A stretch of DNA of 57,417 bases from Candidatus Kaiserbacteria bacterium. GTDB taxonomy: Bacteria > Patescibacteriota > Minisyncoccia > Phycocordibacterales > JABAAK01. Position 1 is the stretch's first letter; each line of letters starts with the position of its first letter. The translations under genes and the position numbers were made by a program. Under the pieces are notes generated by a model. That model had not been told where the DNA came from and did no database searches. It saw only the letters and a program-made list of their open reading frames with translations. Location of the stretch: NCBI GenBank assembly GCA_026713605.1, contig JAPOOC010000007.1:1-57417 (forward strand), read 5' to 3'. Shown here one piece after another: positions 47,860 to 56,919 of this stretch.

Positions 47860-49752
47860 ATGAAAGGTATCTACAGCCACCAATGGCTACAAACATTTTT
47901 TGAAAAATCATTGCCCGCACCGAAGGCGGTGAGTGAGGGCTTACTGAAGCACGCGTTTGAGGTGGAAGAGGTGCGGTCAGTACCGGGTGGTGATACTATA
48001 TATGAACTAGATATTCTGCCGAACCGATCAGCGGACTGTCTTGCACACTACGGCATTGCAAAAGAGGTCGCAGCAATATTTTCACTACCAATGAAACAGC
48101 AATATTTTCAAGAGCAGTTTTCATTCGGCGAAACGGCAGAATATATACAAACAGACAAATGCAACCGATACACCATATTGAAAGTTACAGACATAGCAAT
48201 TTCTGAGACGCCGGAAGAGATGCAGAAACATCTCGCAGCAGTTGGGCAGCAGGGTGTCCACCCGATTGTTGATCTGGCAAATTATATTCTGTTTGATATT
48301 GGGCAACCGATCCACGCATTTGATGCACAGAAAGTGTCGGGACAGTTCGGAGTTCGGCAGGCAAAAAAAGACGAACAGCTGACGCTACTTGGCGAAGAAG
48401 AGGTGGTATTACAAGAAGATGATGTAGTGATTGTTGACGCGGTTAATGACCGCGCCATTGCACTGGCAGGAATAAAGGGGGGTGAGGAAACAAAGGTGGA
48501 TGAAGACACAAAAGAAATATACATAGAAATAGCTTCATTTAATGATGTGAGTGTGCGACGAACGGCGCGACGAACAGGACACACATCTGACGCCGCACTG
48601 AGATTCTCACAAGGATTTCCATCGGAACTGATCGACTATACTGCGCATCAGGTTGCGGCACTATTCAAACAATATGGCTCAATCACTGACTCATTTAACT
48701 GCCAGCGAATTCCTTTGCCACAACGACACACAGTGAAAGTTTCTGTTGTCGGAGTAAACGCACTGCTCGGCACCGCATACACGAAAAAAGATATTACCAG
48801 TGTGTTAAACCGGCTTGGATTTGTGTATGAAGATAATGCGCAGGAACAATATACAGTTACGGCCCCAATTGAGCGACCGGATGTGCGGGATGAAAATGAC
48901 TTGATTGAAGAAGTGGGGCGGTTGCTTGGGTATGATTCGGTACCAAGCAGTATCCCCACAAACAAAAAATGGTATTCCTTGGCGACACGGATATACAACC
49001 ACTTCCTGCCAGTAGGCAATGAGATGTTCATGAAGCGGCTCGCAGTGCTGCAGGCATTACGAAGCATTGGATTCTCTGAGGTAATGACCTCATCATTTTG
49101 CGCAAAAGACAAAGTGTGCGTTGCCTACCCAGTCGCTAAAGACAAAGGGTGCCTGCGGTCATCGCTGCGCCCGGGGATAGAAGAGACACTGAAGCAAAAT
49201 GCGTACAACGGTGAATTATTGGGATTAGGTATTGTACAGGTTGCAGAAATTGGAAGTGTGTTTACCAAAGAGGGTGAAGAAATACACCTTGCACTTGGGG
49301 TGCGAGAAACCTTGGGAAGAAAAAAAGCAGATACAGCTCTCATTGAGAAAAAAGTCAAACAGACAGTAGGTATAACAGGCGGCTTTGAAGGCGGAATATG
49401 GGAGGTGCCACTGGACGAGGTGCAGGTGCACAAAACAGGTGACGGTGCGCCGTCTATCAGTAGGGTACGCTATGTATCGCCATCAAGATATCCATGTATG
49501 CTACGAGACATAGCGATATTCGTACCAGAAGGTGCTACCACAAAAAAAGCAGAAACACTGTTGCGAGAAAACGGCGGAGAATATCTGCGGCAGGTGAATC
49601 TGTTTGACGCATTTACAAAGACCGGCAAACAATCATACGCGTTCCGTTTGGTGTTTCAGTCGGATACCGAAACCCTTGACGATGCAGTAGTGAGCAGGCA
49701 GATGGACACCTTATACAAAGCATTAAAGCGACACAATTATGAAGTGCGATAA
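47860..49752 (+). CDS. pheT: Phenylalanine-tRNA ligase beta subunit (reduced)
   Basis: LDILPNRSADCL, IGQPIHAFD, RPDVRDENDLIEEVGR, RDIAI, SYAFRLVFQ. Confidence 0.95.
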   Translation: MKGIYSHQWLQTFFEKSLPAPKAVSEGLLKHAFEVEEVRSVPGGDTIYELDILPNRSADCLAHYGIAKEVAAIFSLPMKQQYFQEQFSFGETAEYIQTDKCNRYTILKVTDIAISETPEEMQKHLAAVGQQGVHPIVDLANYILFDIGQPIHAFDAQKVSGQFGVRQAKKDEQLTLLGEEEVVLQEDDVVIVDAVNDRAIALAGIKGGEETKVDEDTKEIYIEIASFNDVSVRRTARRTGHTSDAALRFSQGFPSELIDYTAHQVAALFKQYGSITDSFNCQRIPLPQRHTVKVSVVGVNALLGTAYTKKDITSVLNRLGFVYEDNAQEQYTVTAPIERPDVRDENDLIEEVGRLLGYDSVPSSIPTNKKWYSLATRIYNHFLPVGNEMFMKRLAVLQALRSIGFSEVMTSSFCAKDKVCVAYPVAKDKGCLRSSLRPGIEETLKQNAYNGELLGLGIVQVAEIGSVFTKEGEEIHLALGVRETLGRKKADTALIEKKVKQTVGITGGFEGGIWEVPLDEVQVHKTGDGAPSISRVRYVSPSRYPCMLRDIAIFVPEGATTKKAETLLRENGGEYLRQVNLFDAFTKTGKQSYAFRLVFQSDTETLDDAVVSRQMDTLYKALKRHNYEVR

Positions 49753-49816
49753 TAAACCCCTTAGTTGTGGTATACTACCATAAGACCCATAAGAGTTAGA
49801 AGTAGGAGGATGCTTG

Positions 49817-50830
49817 ATGAATATCAAAACCGATTCTTTGAATCAATTGGTTGATGGTGGCTGTGTTGAAAAAAATGAATTTTTCATAGAAAGCAATTTT
49901 GGCACCACACATTTTATCGGTGTCGGAGAGGCACCAGAGGAGGTGCTATCGTACACCAAGGATCTTTTACAAAAATTTAGACCTGAAAAATGGTGCGGGC
50001 AGACAACGCAAATCATCCGCACGGAGGTAAAGTTATGCCCAGAGGGTACACGCCTCATAGAGATTGAGCAGCGACCATGCGGGCTTGGATTTTTTTTGGA
50101 AGCAGGTAAGCAAACTGGATACACCCCTGACCTTAAGATTGATCTGTCCTCTGTGACGGTACTGTACTCTCCAGGGCGGGTCAAAGACGAAGTGTTCTTT
50201 TCCGACGAACACCTGTTCACCGATCACATATTTCCGTGGGATAAGCCGAGGGATATTGAAACTGGCTTTCTCGTAATCCGTGCAAGAGAAGATGAACCAA
50301 TGCCTGATTGGCTAAGGACAGAGTTTGTTAGCCCGGTCAGAAAAAATCCAGCAATGCTTCTGCTAAGAAGAAATGCTGACAAGGCGCGTGTCTATGAAGA
50401 CCTTGCCTTGCCATATAGGGTATTTCCGGAACATCTGGGTGGCTCAAATCCACCATCCCATTCGCATGTGAAAGATGCCTTGTGCCGTGCATTGCAGGTA
50501 CTCAAAACCTTGCGGTGTGTGGTGAAGCCACGCCGCGGATCGAGAGCTCGAGAGGTTGCCACGCTCAACCTTATTGAAATATTCAAGCTGAGCGGGCGGT
50601 CGCAAATCGTAAAGAATATACGAAAAAACCCAAGAGAGTATGTAATCCAACCGTACTACAGGGGGGTGGAAGAGGGTGAGGGTGTTTGCCACCTATACCG
50701 TCTTTTCTATGTAAAAACAGAAAACGGATGGCAGTATCTTGGCGGTTTTCTCGCATTAGATGACCTGCAGGTAGCAAAGATGATCGTCCACGGGTCGGAG
50801 CGAGTAAAAAATATTCTCATTGTTCCTTAG
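49817..50830 (+). CDS. Putative circularly permuted ATP-grasp-like ligase
   Basis: IRTEV...RLIEIEQRPCGLG in the N-terminal third; VVKPRRGSRAREV and YVIQPY in the C-terminal third. AGGAGG 7 nt before ATG 49817. Confidence 0.55.
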   Translation: MNIKTDSLNQLVDGGCVEKNEFFIESNFGTTHFIGVGEAPEEVLSYTKDLLQKFRPEKWCGQTTQIIRTEVKLCPEGTRLIEIEQRPCGLGFFLEAGKQTGYTPDLKIDLSSVTVLYSPGRVKDEVFFSDEHLFTDHIFPWDKPRDIETGFLVIRAREDEPMPDWLRTEFVSPVRKNPAMLLLRRNADKARVYEDLALPYRVFPEHLGGSNPPSHSHVKDALCRALQVLKTLRCVVKPRRGSRAREVATLNLIEIFKLSGRSQIVKNIRKNPREYVIQPYYRGVEEGEGVCHLYRLFYVKTENGWQYLGGFLALDDLQVAKMIVHGSERVKNILIVP

Positions 50831-50874
50831 AAAAAACATCAGGGCTCTCGCATGCGAGGGCTCTGACATTTTTT
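50831..50874 (+). terminator. Probable terminator hairpin
   Basis: TCAGGGCTCTCG-CATG-CGAGGGCTCTGA (with G-U pairs) followed by a T run. Confidence 0.65.
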
Positions 50875-50899
50875 ATGCAACACCAGTATACTGTACACA

Positions 50900-51787
50900 A
50901 TGACAGTCACGCAGGAAGAACTGCTAAGCATGTTTTCAAAGCACCGGGGCAGGATTCCCTATGTGTTTTCATTTGGTCGGGGGAATGGTCCGCACAGTAT
51001 TATTGTTGGCGCACTGCATGGCAATGAAGATGCAGGATTACAAGCGATACATGCGTTGCACAAAGAAAGAGACAGCATAATAGGTACGGTAACTGCTGTG
51101 TTAGGAAATCCGGAAGCATACAAAAAAGATGTGCGGTATAGTGATGAGAATCTCAATAGAATTTTTAGAAATCCAATACAAGGGAGTACCTACGAATCTA
51201 AGCGGGCAAGAGAGTTGTCTGCACTATTCACGCACATCGCAAAACAGAACAACAGGATAACGGTCATTGACATACACACCACTTCACAGGGAGAAGAGCC
51301 ACTATTCATGTGCCATAGAGACGACAGGCAAACCCTACAGTTCCTAAAGAAAACCCCGTTGTTTGAAAGTATTGTGTTGATTACCGAAGCACTCCCATAC
51401 TCACTATGCGCTTTGACACGCAAGTGCAACTTCTCCTACATCGGCGCCGAATGTGGAAAGCACAAAACAGAACAGGCAAATAATAATGCGCGTATGTTAC
51501 TTGAAGAGGTATTAGTACGGCTTAAAATAAAGGCGGGAAGGAGCATGCATAGCCGTGCCACAGAAAAAAAGGTTGTCAAGATTGAGCAGATGATAGTGCC
51601 AACGCCAGGACTACAGTTTGTGGTGCAAGAGGTAAAAACAGTAACATCAGTTAAAAAGGGTGAGGTGTGGGCGGTTGATGATGCCGGAAAGCGAATTGCC
51701 GAAAAAGATATGGCACTGTTTTGTGTGCCAAAAAAAGTTCGCCACACCGATACAAACGCCGGATTTATCTGTGCATATGGTACTTAG
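50900..51787 (+). CDS. Succinylglutamate desuccinylase/aspartoacylase-like M14 Zn hydrolase
   Basis: GALHGNE, NLNRIF, IDIHT, GAECG. Confidence 0.88.
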   Translation: MTVTQEELLSMFSKHRGRIPYVFSFGRGNGPHSIIVGALHGNEDAGLQAIHALHKERDSIIGTVTAVLGNPEAYKKDVRYSDENLNRIFRNPIQGSTYESKRARELSALFTHIAKQNNRITVIDIHTTSQGEEPLFMCHRDDRQTLQFLKKTPLFESIVLITEALPYSLCALTRKCNFSYIGAECGKHKTEQANNNARMLLEEVLVRLKIKAGRSMHSRATEKKVVKIEQMIVPTPGLQFVVQEVKTVTSVKKGEVWAVDDAGKRIAEKDMALFCVPKKVRHTDTNAGFICAYGT

Positions 51788-52443
51788 TGGGCGAGTGCGA
51801 GAGTAATAACAGTATGCGCACCATGCTTCATGAGGACGCGTCGCGCCTCCGTAAGCGTTGCACCAGTGGTGGTGACATCATCTATAACAAAACAAATAGT
51901 ATTCGGAGGGAGGCGCTCAGTTGCGGTCATCGCACCGCTGACATTGCGTAGGCGTTCTGATCGATCCTGCAGCACACTCTGTCTACTGACCTGTCGTGTC
52001 CATGCGAGCAAACCTCTTTTATCCTGTATGTGCAGACCAGCATCTGACGCATGGTGATAAAACACATCAAGCATAGCGTACAGATGATTGTAGCCATTAC
52101 GCCGCTTTCTTTCCTGCGTTATCGGTATGGCACAGAGGGCGTAGTGCATCTTTTGTAGCGCCTCCTCTTCCTGTGCTTCACCAGAGATATATTCCCAAAA
52201 AATATCCGCTGCTAAAGTGATACTCTCACGATGTCGCTCGTACTTTATCGCATAGAGGAAGTGCTTTATTGCCACATCACGATACGAGAGGAAAGCGAGA
52301 TGGTCATTATTTTGGATCGGAGCAAGTCGTTGGATAATAGCTGCAGTGCCCTGCCGTTGCGCTACAACACTGTGTTTCTTTTTCGGCAAGAGCACCCCTA
52401 AAAACATCTCGAAATACTCAGCAAATCGATTTTTTACTGCCAT
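51784..52443 (-). CDS. comF: ComF-family competence protein (PRTase fold)
   Basis: YAIKYE, IPIT..RKRRNGYN, ERLRNVSGA, VIDDVTTTGATL. Confidence 0.88.
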   Translation of the reverse strand: MAVKNRFAEYFEMFLGVLLPKKKHSVVAQRQGTAAIIQRLAPIQNNDHLAFLSYRDVAIKHFLYAIKYERHRESITLAADIFWEYISGEAQEEEALQKMHYALCAIPITQERKRRNGYNHLYAMLDVFYHHASDAGLHIQDKRGLLAWTRQVSRQSVLQDRSERLRNVSGAMTATERLPPNTICFVIDDVTTTGATLTEARRVLMKHGAHTVITLALAH

Positions 52444-52479
52444 TATAGTGTATACTATACCCAAATACTAGTAGATGCA

Positions 52480-53595
52480 ATGCCATTACCAAAAATCCTC
52501 TCATTTTTTACAGCTGGCAAACGCAATGTCGTAGGGATAGACATTGGATCATCAGCAGTGAAGGTGGTGCAAGTTCGGCAGGAGAAGGGGGTTGCCGTCC
52601 TAGAAACCTATGGGTCATTAGCGATAGGACCATATGTTGAAGGCGCTGAAATCGGACAATATGCAAACGCCAACGAGGAAGTGCTACACACCGTCCTATC
52701 AGCGCTATTGCAAGAGGCAAAGGTAACTGCGTCACTGGCATGTGTCTCTATACCATTTCATTCCAGCTTAATATCACTCATTGAGGTGCCGGCGCTTTCT
52801 GATGAAAAAATAGCACAAACCATTCCATTTGAGGCAAAGCGATACATACCGGTACCACTAGAGGATGTATCATTGGATTGGTTTGTCGTGCCACAGGCAC
52901 TACTAAGTCGAGATGACGCACCAATTTTTGAAGATGAGAACATGCCCGTCACACAAGAAGAAAAAAGAAAAGTGCTCCTCATCGCCATTCACAACCATGA
53001 GTTGATCAAGCATAAAAACATTTTAGGGAAGACCGACTTGAACACCAAGTATTTTGAAATAGAAATATTCAGCACGCTACGCTCCTCTGTGTACGACGGG
53101 GGACTGCCGGTCATTGTTGTTGACATTGGTGCAAGATCTACAAAACTGTATGTCGTTGAACACGGGATTATCCTTCGTTCGTTCTTTATCAACCAAGGGG
53201 GGCAGAATATCTCGCAGGCAATAGCCCGCGCAGAAAACATGTCATTTAAAGAGGCAGAGCATAAAAAGCGAGAATTCGGTTTCACCGTGGAAGATAAAGG
53301 GACACGACATGCCATGGCACTCATCATTGACGAAATTTTCACAGAAGCAAATAATGCAATTGTTGACTTTGAGCAACGATACCATCAATCTATTTCCAAA
53401 ATCGTCCTCACCGGTGGCAGTGCATCTATGAAGGGGCTCCTAAAAGAAGTGGAAACAAAGACAAAAATCAGTGTTGAGATAGCAAACCCGTTCGCCCGTC
53501 TCCGCCATCCAGCATTACTCAGCGAGACCCTCAAAGAAACCGGCTCTGAATTCTCTGTCGCCGTTGGTGCCGCTCTCCGTGCACTAGAGGGGTAA
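52480..53595 (+). CDS. pilM: Type IV pilus assembly protein PilM
   Basis: VGIDIGSSAVKVV, EAKRYIPVP, VDIGARST, IVLTGGSA, VAVGAALR. Confidence 0.93.
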   Translation: MPLPKILSFFTAGKRNVVGIDIGSSAVKVVQVRQEKGVAVLETYGSLAIGPYVEGAEIGQYANANEEVLHTVLSALLQEAKVTASLACVSIPFHSSLISLIEVPALSDEKIAQTIPFEAKRYIPVPLEDVSLDWFVVPQALLSRDDAPIFEDENMPVTQEEKRKVLLIAIHNHELIKHKNILGKTDLNTKYFEIEIFSTLRSSVYDGGLPVIVVDIGARSTKLYVVEHGIILRSFFINQGGQNISQAIARAENMSFKEAEHKKREFGFTVEDKGTRHAMALIIDEIFTEANNAIVDFEQRYHQSISKIVLTGGSASMKGLLKEVETKTKISVEIANPFARLRHPALLSETLKETGSEFSVAVGAALRALEG

Positions 53596-53685
53596 TACAG
53601 CCGATAGAGGTGGTGAATACACAAAAAAGGATTGCTGTAGGGCAGGGGGTGAAGATTGCTTTGGTAAGAGATATACTATAAGTAT

Positions 53686-54393
53686 ATGAAGCAGGCACAA
53701 AACACAAATAGCAGGAGAATCGTAGTGGTAGGTGTGGCAGTAGCGATGGTGCTGGGGGTGCTACTCTATGTAGAACATCCGATGGTACGAATAGTGAAGC
53801 ATATCGTGGCAGGTATCGGTGCCATTGACTCGCAACACACCGTGGTCGGCATGACCGATGTGCGATCCGTTGACCACATTCGAGGAAACGCTGATGCGGA
53901 TGTAGTACTTATTGAATACTCAGACCTTGGCTGTATCATGTGCGCCGCGATGCAGAAAAACTTTGAAAAAATTGTACAAGAGGAAGAGGTGATGCTGGTA
54001 TCACGACATCTGTACCCACACCAAAAAGGTTCTGCCTTTGAGGCGGCAGTTGCTGCTGAATGTGTGGCAAAACACACGGGGGAGGAGGCATTCTTTTCAT
54101 TCATCCAATATGTGTATGAAAACCAAGGAAGTGTCAGTGACACAAAAGTATTGGCGAATAAAGCGGCTGAGTTAGGGACAGATGCGCGACAGTTTCAGGA
54201 ATGTATTGCGACAGACACGAAAGTGCGAGATCGGGTGAAGCGAGACAGTGATGAAGGGTGGCGACTGGGTTCCCGTGGGACACCGTATATCGTGATAGTA
54301 TATAAAGACCGACCAATTGGTATTTCATACGCGAACGAATACAGAAAATTTTTGGAGCGGGTGAAAATGTTAGTGGCAAAAGCAAAATCATAA
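53686..54393 (+). CDS. DsbA-family thiol-disulfide oxidoreductase
   Basis: LIEYSDLGCIMC, RHLYP, GSRGTPY; N-terminal TM helix. Confidence 0.88.
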   Translation: MKQAQNTNSRRIVVVGVAVAMVLGVLLYVEHPMVRIVKHIVAGIGAIDSQHTVVGMTDVRSVDHIRGNADADVVLIEYSDLGCIMCAAMQKNFEKIVQEEEVMLVSRHLYPHQKGSAFEAAVAAECVAKHTGEEAFFSFIQYVYENQGSVSDTKVLANKAAELGTDARQFQECIATDTKVRDRVKRDSDEGWRLGSRGTPYIVIVYKDRPIGISYANEYRKFLERVKMLVAKAKS

Positions 54394-54453
54394 TAAAAAA
54401 TATGGTATACTGCAACCATAACCAATTTAATAAAATTACTTACAAATAACACT

Positions 54454-55158
54454 ATGAATAAAGAAGAAAATAATACCAACAACATGATCACCGCTTTTGC
54501 TGTTTTGATAGCAATCGGAGCAGTTTTCTTTGCTGGGGTGATGTACGCAAGAGGTGGCAATGTGGCAGTAGCACCACCAACAGACGGCGGAGTAGTGCCA
54601 CCTCCTGGACCGCCACCAGTTACACCAGACCTTGATGTGTTAATGGTGCAGAGTAATGATGCAGTCCGTGGCAGTGGAGATATATTGCTAATAGAGTACT
54701 CAGATTATGAGTGCAGTTTCTGCAAGCGATTTCATCCAACGGCGCAGGCATTAGTGGACAGTGGCGAAGTTGCGTGGGTGTATCGGCACTTGCCACTACC
54801 ATTTCATGTAACAGCAAAGGATGGCGCTGCCGTCGGAGAGTGTGTCAAAGAGCACAAGGGGAACGAGGCATTCTGGACATACACAGATAAAGTGTTTGCC
54901 GCAAGCGCATTAGATCTTGAGACCTATAAGTCGTTGGCAAGAGATGGCGGACTTTCTGACGCACAGATAGATACTTGCCTTGCGGCAGGTAGTGATGCGC
55001 AGAAAGCTGTTGAGCAGCACATGAACGACGCGCAAAAAATGGGAGTCAATGGAACGCCGGGGTCATTCTTGGTCAACACAAAGACCAAGGCGGTAGAGTC
55101 CATACCGGGAGCATTGCCACTAGAGCAAGTACGGAGCATGCTTGAAAGCGTACAATGA
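54454..55158 (+). CDS. DsbA-family thiol-disulfide oxidoreductase
   Basis: LIEYSDYECSFCKRFH, YRHLPL, GVNGTPG. Confidence 0.92.
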   Translation: MNKEENNTNNMITAFAVLIAIGAVFFAGVMYARGGNVAVAPPTDGGVVPPPGPPPVTPDLDVLMVQSNDAVRGSGDILLIEYSDYECSFCKRFHPTAQALVDSGEVAWVYRHLPLPFHVTAKDGAAVGECVKEHKGNEAFWTYTDKVFAASALDLETYKSLARDGGLSDAQIDTCLAAGSDAQKAVEQHMNDAQKMGVNGTPGSFLVNTKTKAVESIPGALPLEQVRSMLESVQ

Positions 55159-55895
55159 TAGAACAGTTGTCCATAGTAAGTTTTGCCGTAACCATATTTG
55201 CAGGAAGTATCACCGTATTTCTGCCGTGTACCTATCCAATGGTGTTGGGGTACATAGCACTCATTATCGGTGACGAGGACAGCAATAACATCCCGTACAC
55301 ACTCACGACAACAAGCTGGTTTTTTACCGGTTTTGCGGTGGCATACGCCATCTTTGGTGGCGTTGCCGGCTTATTTGGACAGTTTAGTCAAACAGCGGTG
55401 TGGTTTAATCAGGCAAAACCAACGCTGGTGATTATCGGGGCGATTTTCTTTATCATTGTTGGCTTAGTGCTACTCCGTGCAGTGCCATTGCCAGAAAAAT
55501 TGCTTGGCAATAAATCATTTCCAATACCGAAAATGCTACCAGTGCACACATGGTGGGGCGTCACCCTCATCGGCGTGATATTTGCAGCAGGGTGGTCGCC
55601 TTGTATTGGTCCGGTGCTTGGCGGCGTGCTGACTTTAGCAGCAAGCTCCGGGTCAGTGCTGACAGGAATGTTATTACTATGCGCATTTGCAGTCGGTATT
55701 ATGATACCACTCACTATCTTAGCAGTGCTATACACAAAAGCGGCAGAGCGATTGCAAGAGATACCAAAATTTCTCCCGATCATGCGAAGTATCGGAGGAC
55801 TCCTTTTCATCGCACTCGGCATCTTTTTCCTTTTCGGAGACCTGTCATTCTTTAGCAAAGCAGGACCGCCAGAATTCTTGCAAAAATTCTTATAG
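55155..55895 (+). CDS. ccdA: CcdA/DsbD-type transmembrane electron transporter
   Basis: FLPCTYPMV and GWSPCIGPVLG. Confidence 0.9.
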   Translation: MIEQLSIVSFAVTIFAGSITVFLPCTYPMVLGYIALIIGDEDSNNIPYTLTTTSWFFTGFAVAYAIFGGVAGLFGQFSQTAVWFNQAKPTLVIIGAIFFIIVGLVLLRAVPLPEKLLGNKSFPIPKMLPVHTWWGVTLIGVIFAAGWSPCIGPVLGGVLTLAASSGSVLTGMLLLCAFAVGIMIPLTILAVLYTKAAERLQEIPKFLPIMRSIGGLLFIALGIFFLFGDLSFFSKAGPPEFLQKFL

Positions 55896-55920
55896 TTTTG
55901 CGAGGTATACTAAATACGGC

Positions 55921-56919
55921 ATGCGAATCTCCCTCCTTTTTTTATTCCACAGTATTTTTTTGACGGGATTTTTAATGATCTCCGGTGTGGTGTTTGCGCA
56001 GGGAGAGTATGATGCATACGATATGGTGATAAGCGAATCATATCCATCACCGGGTGAGTATGTTGATTTTACCATCACCTCTAATAAGTCATTTGTATCA
56101 AGTATTCAATCAGTGGCGTGGTACATAGACGGTGTTGAGCAAGTGGCATATGCGAATAAAACGAAAATCACAGAAATTGCCGGAGGTGTACCAAAGCGAA
56201 TTAATGCGCAGATACGCTACTTCAACTCGCGTGGAGAGCGAAAAGCAACAAGCATCGCTCAATGGATTCGTCCAGCCATTTTTGATATTTTGTGGGAGGC
56301 AGATTCAGTAGTCACGCCACTGTATCGGGGGCATCGCCTCGCAGGACCGCAGACACCGATAACTTTTTCAGCAAAAATACAGTATATTGACCAAAATGGT
56401 GTAGTATATACGGAAAAAGATTTTTCATTCCGCTGGATGATTGAGTCACGGTATCATGATGACCGTGGTCCAGGAATGAGTAGTGTGATCTATGAAAAAG
56501 GTGGGAGTTATTTAAACAAGTATATCATTGTGCAAGCAGAAACAACACTCATCAGTAATGGCGAAGTTTCCTTTGAGAAGGTTATCAATGTGCCCATTAT
56601 TGAGCCAAGGTTATTAGTGTATCCGCACACCTTGCTGTACGGACTTTCAAGAGATAGGGTTGTTTCCCAGAACCTTTCCCTCGGCAGCGAAGAAGTAACC
56701 GCTTCAGTATACCCGTTTTATTTCAGTCAGTCCGATTTTACAAAAAATGCGATACAATATAAGTGGTTTGTGAACAACCAGACAAGCCACCTAAAAGAGG
56801 GTAGAAAACTTGACATTTCCATCCAAGGGGGAGGCACTGATATACCTGTTCGCGTATTTGCTCAAAATGAAAACAAGGATTTACAACAATCTACTATTCA
56901 GCTTACTTTTCGTCTGTAG
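55921..56919 (+). CDS. Secreted hypothetical protein with Ig-like beta domains
   Basis: Signal peptide; YPSPGEYV, WYIDG, LWEADS...PLYRG, YKWFVN. Confidence 0.75.
   Translation: MRISLLFLFHSIFLTGFLMISGVVFAQGEYDAYDMVISESYPSPGEYVDFTITSNKSFVSSIQSVAWYIDGVEQVAYANKTKITEIAGGVPKRINAQIRYFNSRGERKATSIAQWIRPAIFDILWEADSVVTPLYRGHRLAGPQTPITFSAKIQYIDQNGVVYTEKDFSFRWMIESRYHDDRGPGMSSVIYEKGGSYLNKYIIVQAETTLISNGEVSFEKVINVPIIEPRLLVYPHTLLYGLSRDRVVSQNLSLGSEEVTASVYPFYFSQSDFTKNAIQYKWFVNNQTSHLKEGRKLDISIQGGGTDIPVRVFAQNENKDLQQSTIQLTFRL

Noticed and set aside
49810-49854. Short out-of-frame ORF MLDEYQNRFFESIG overlapping the ATP-grasp start
   Set aside because: Its ATG abuts the SD with no spacing, whereas ATG 49817 has an ideal 7-nt spacing.
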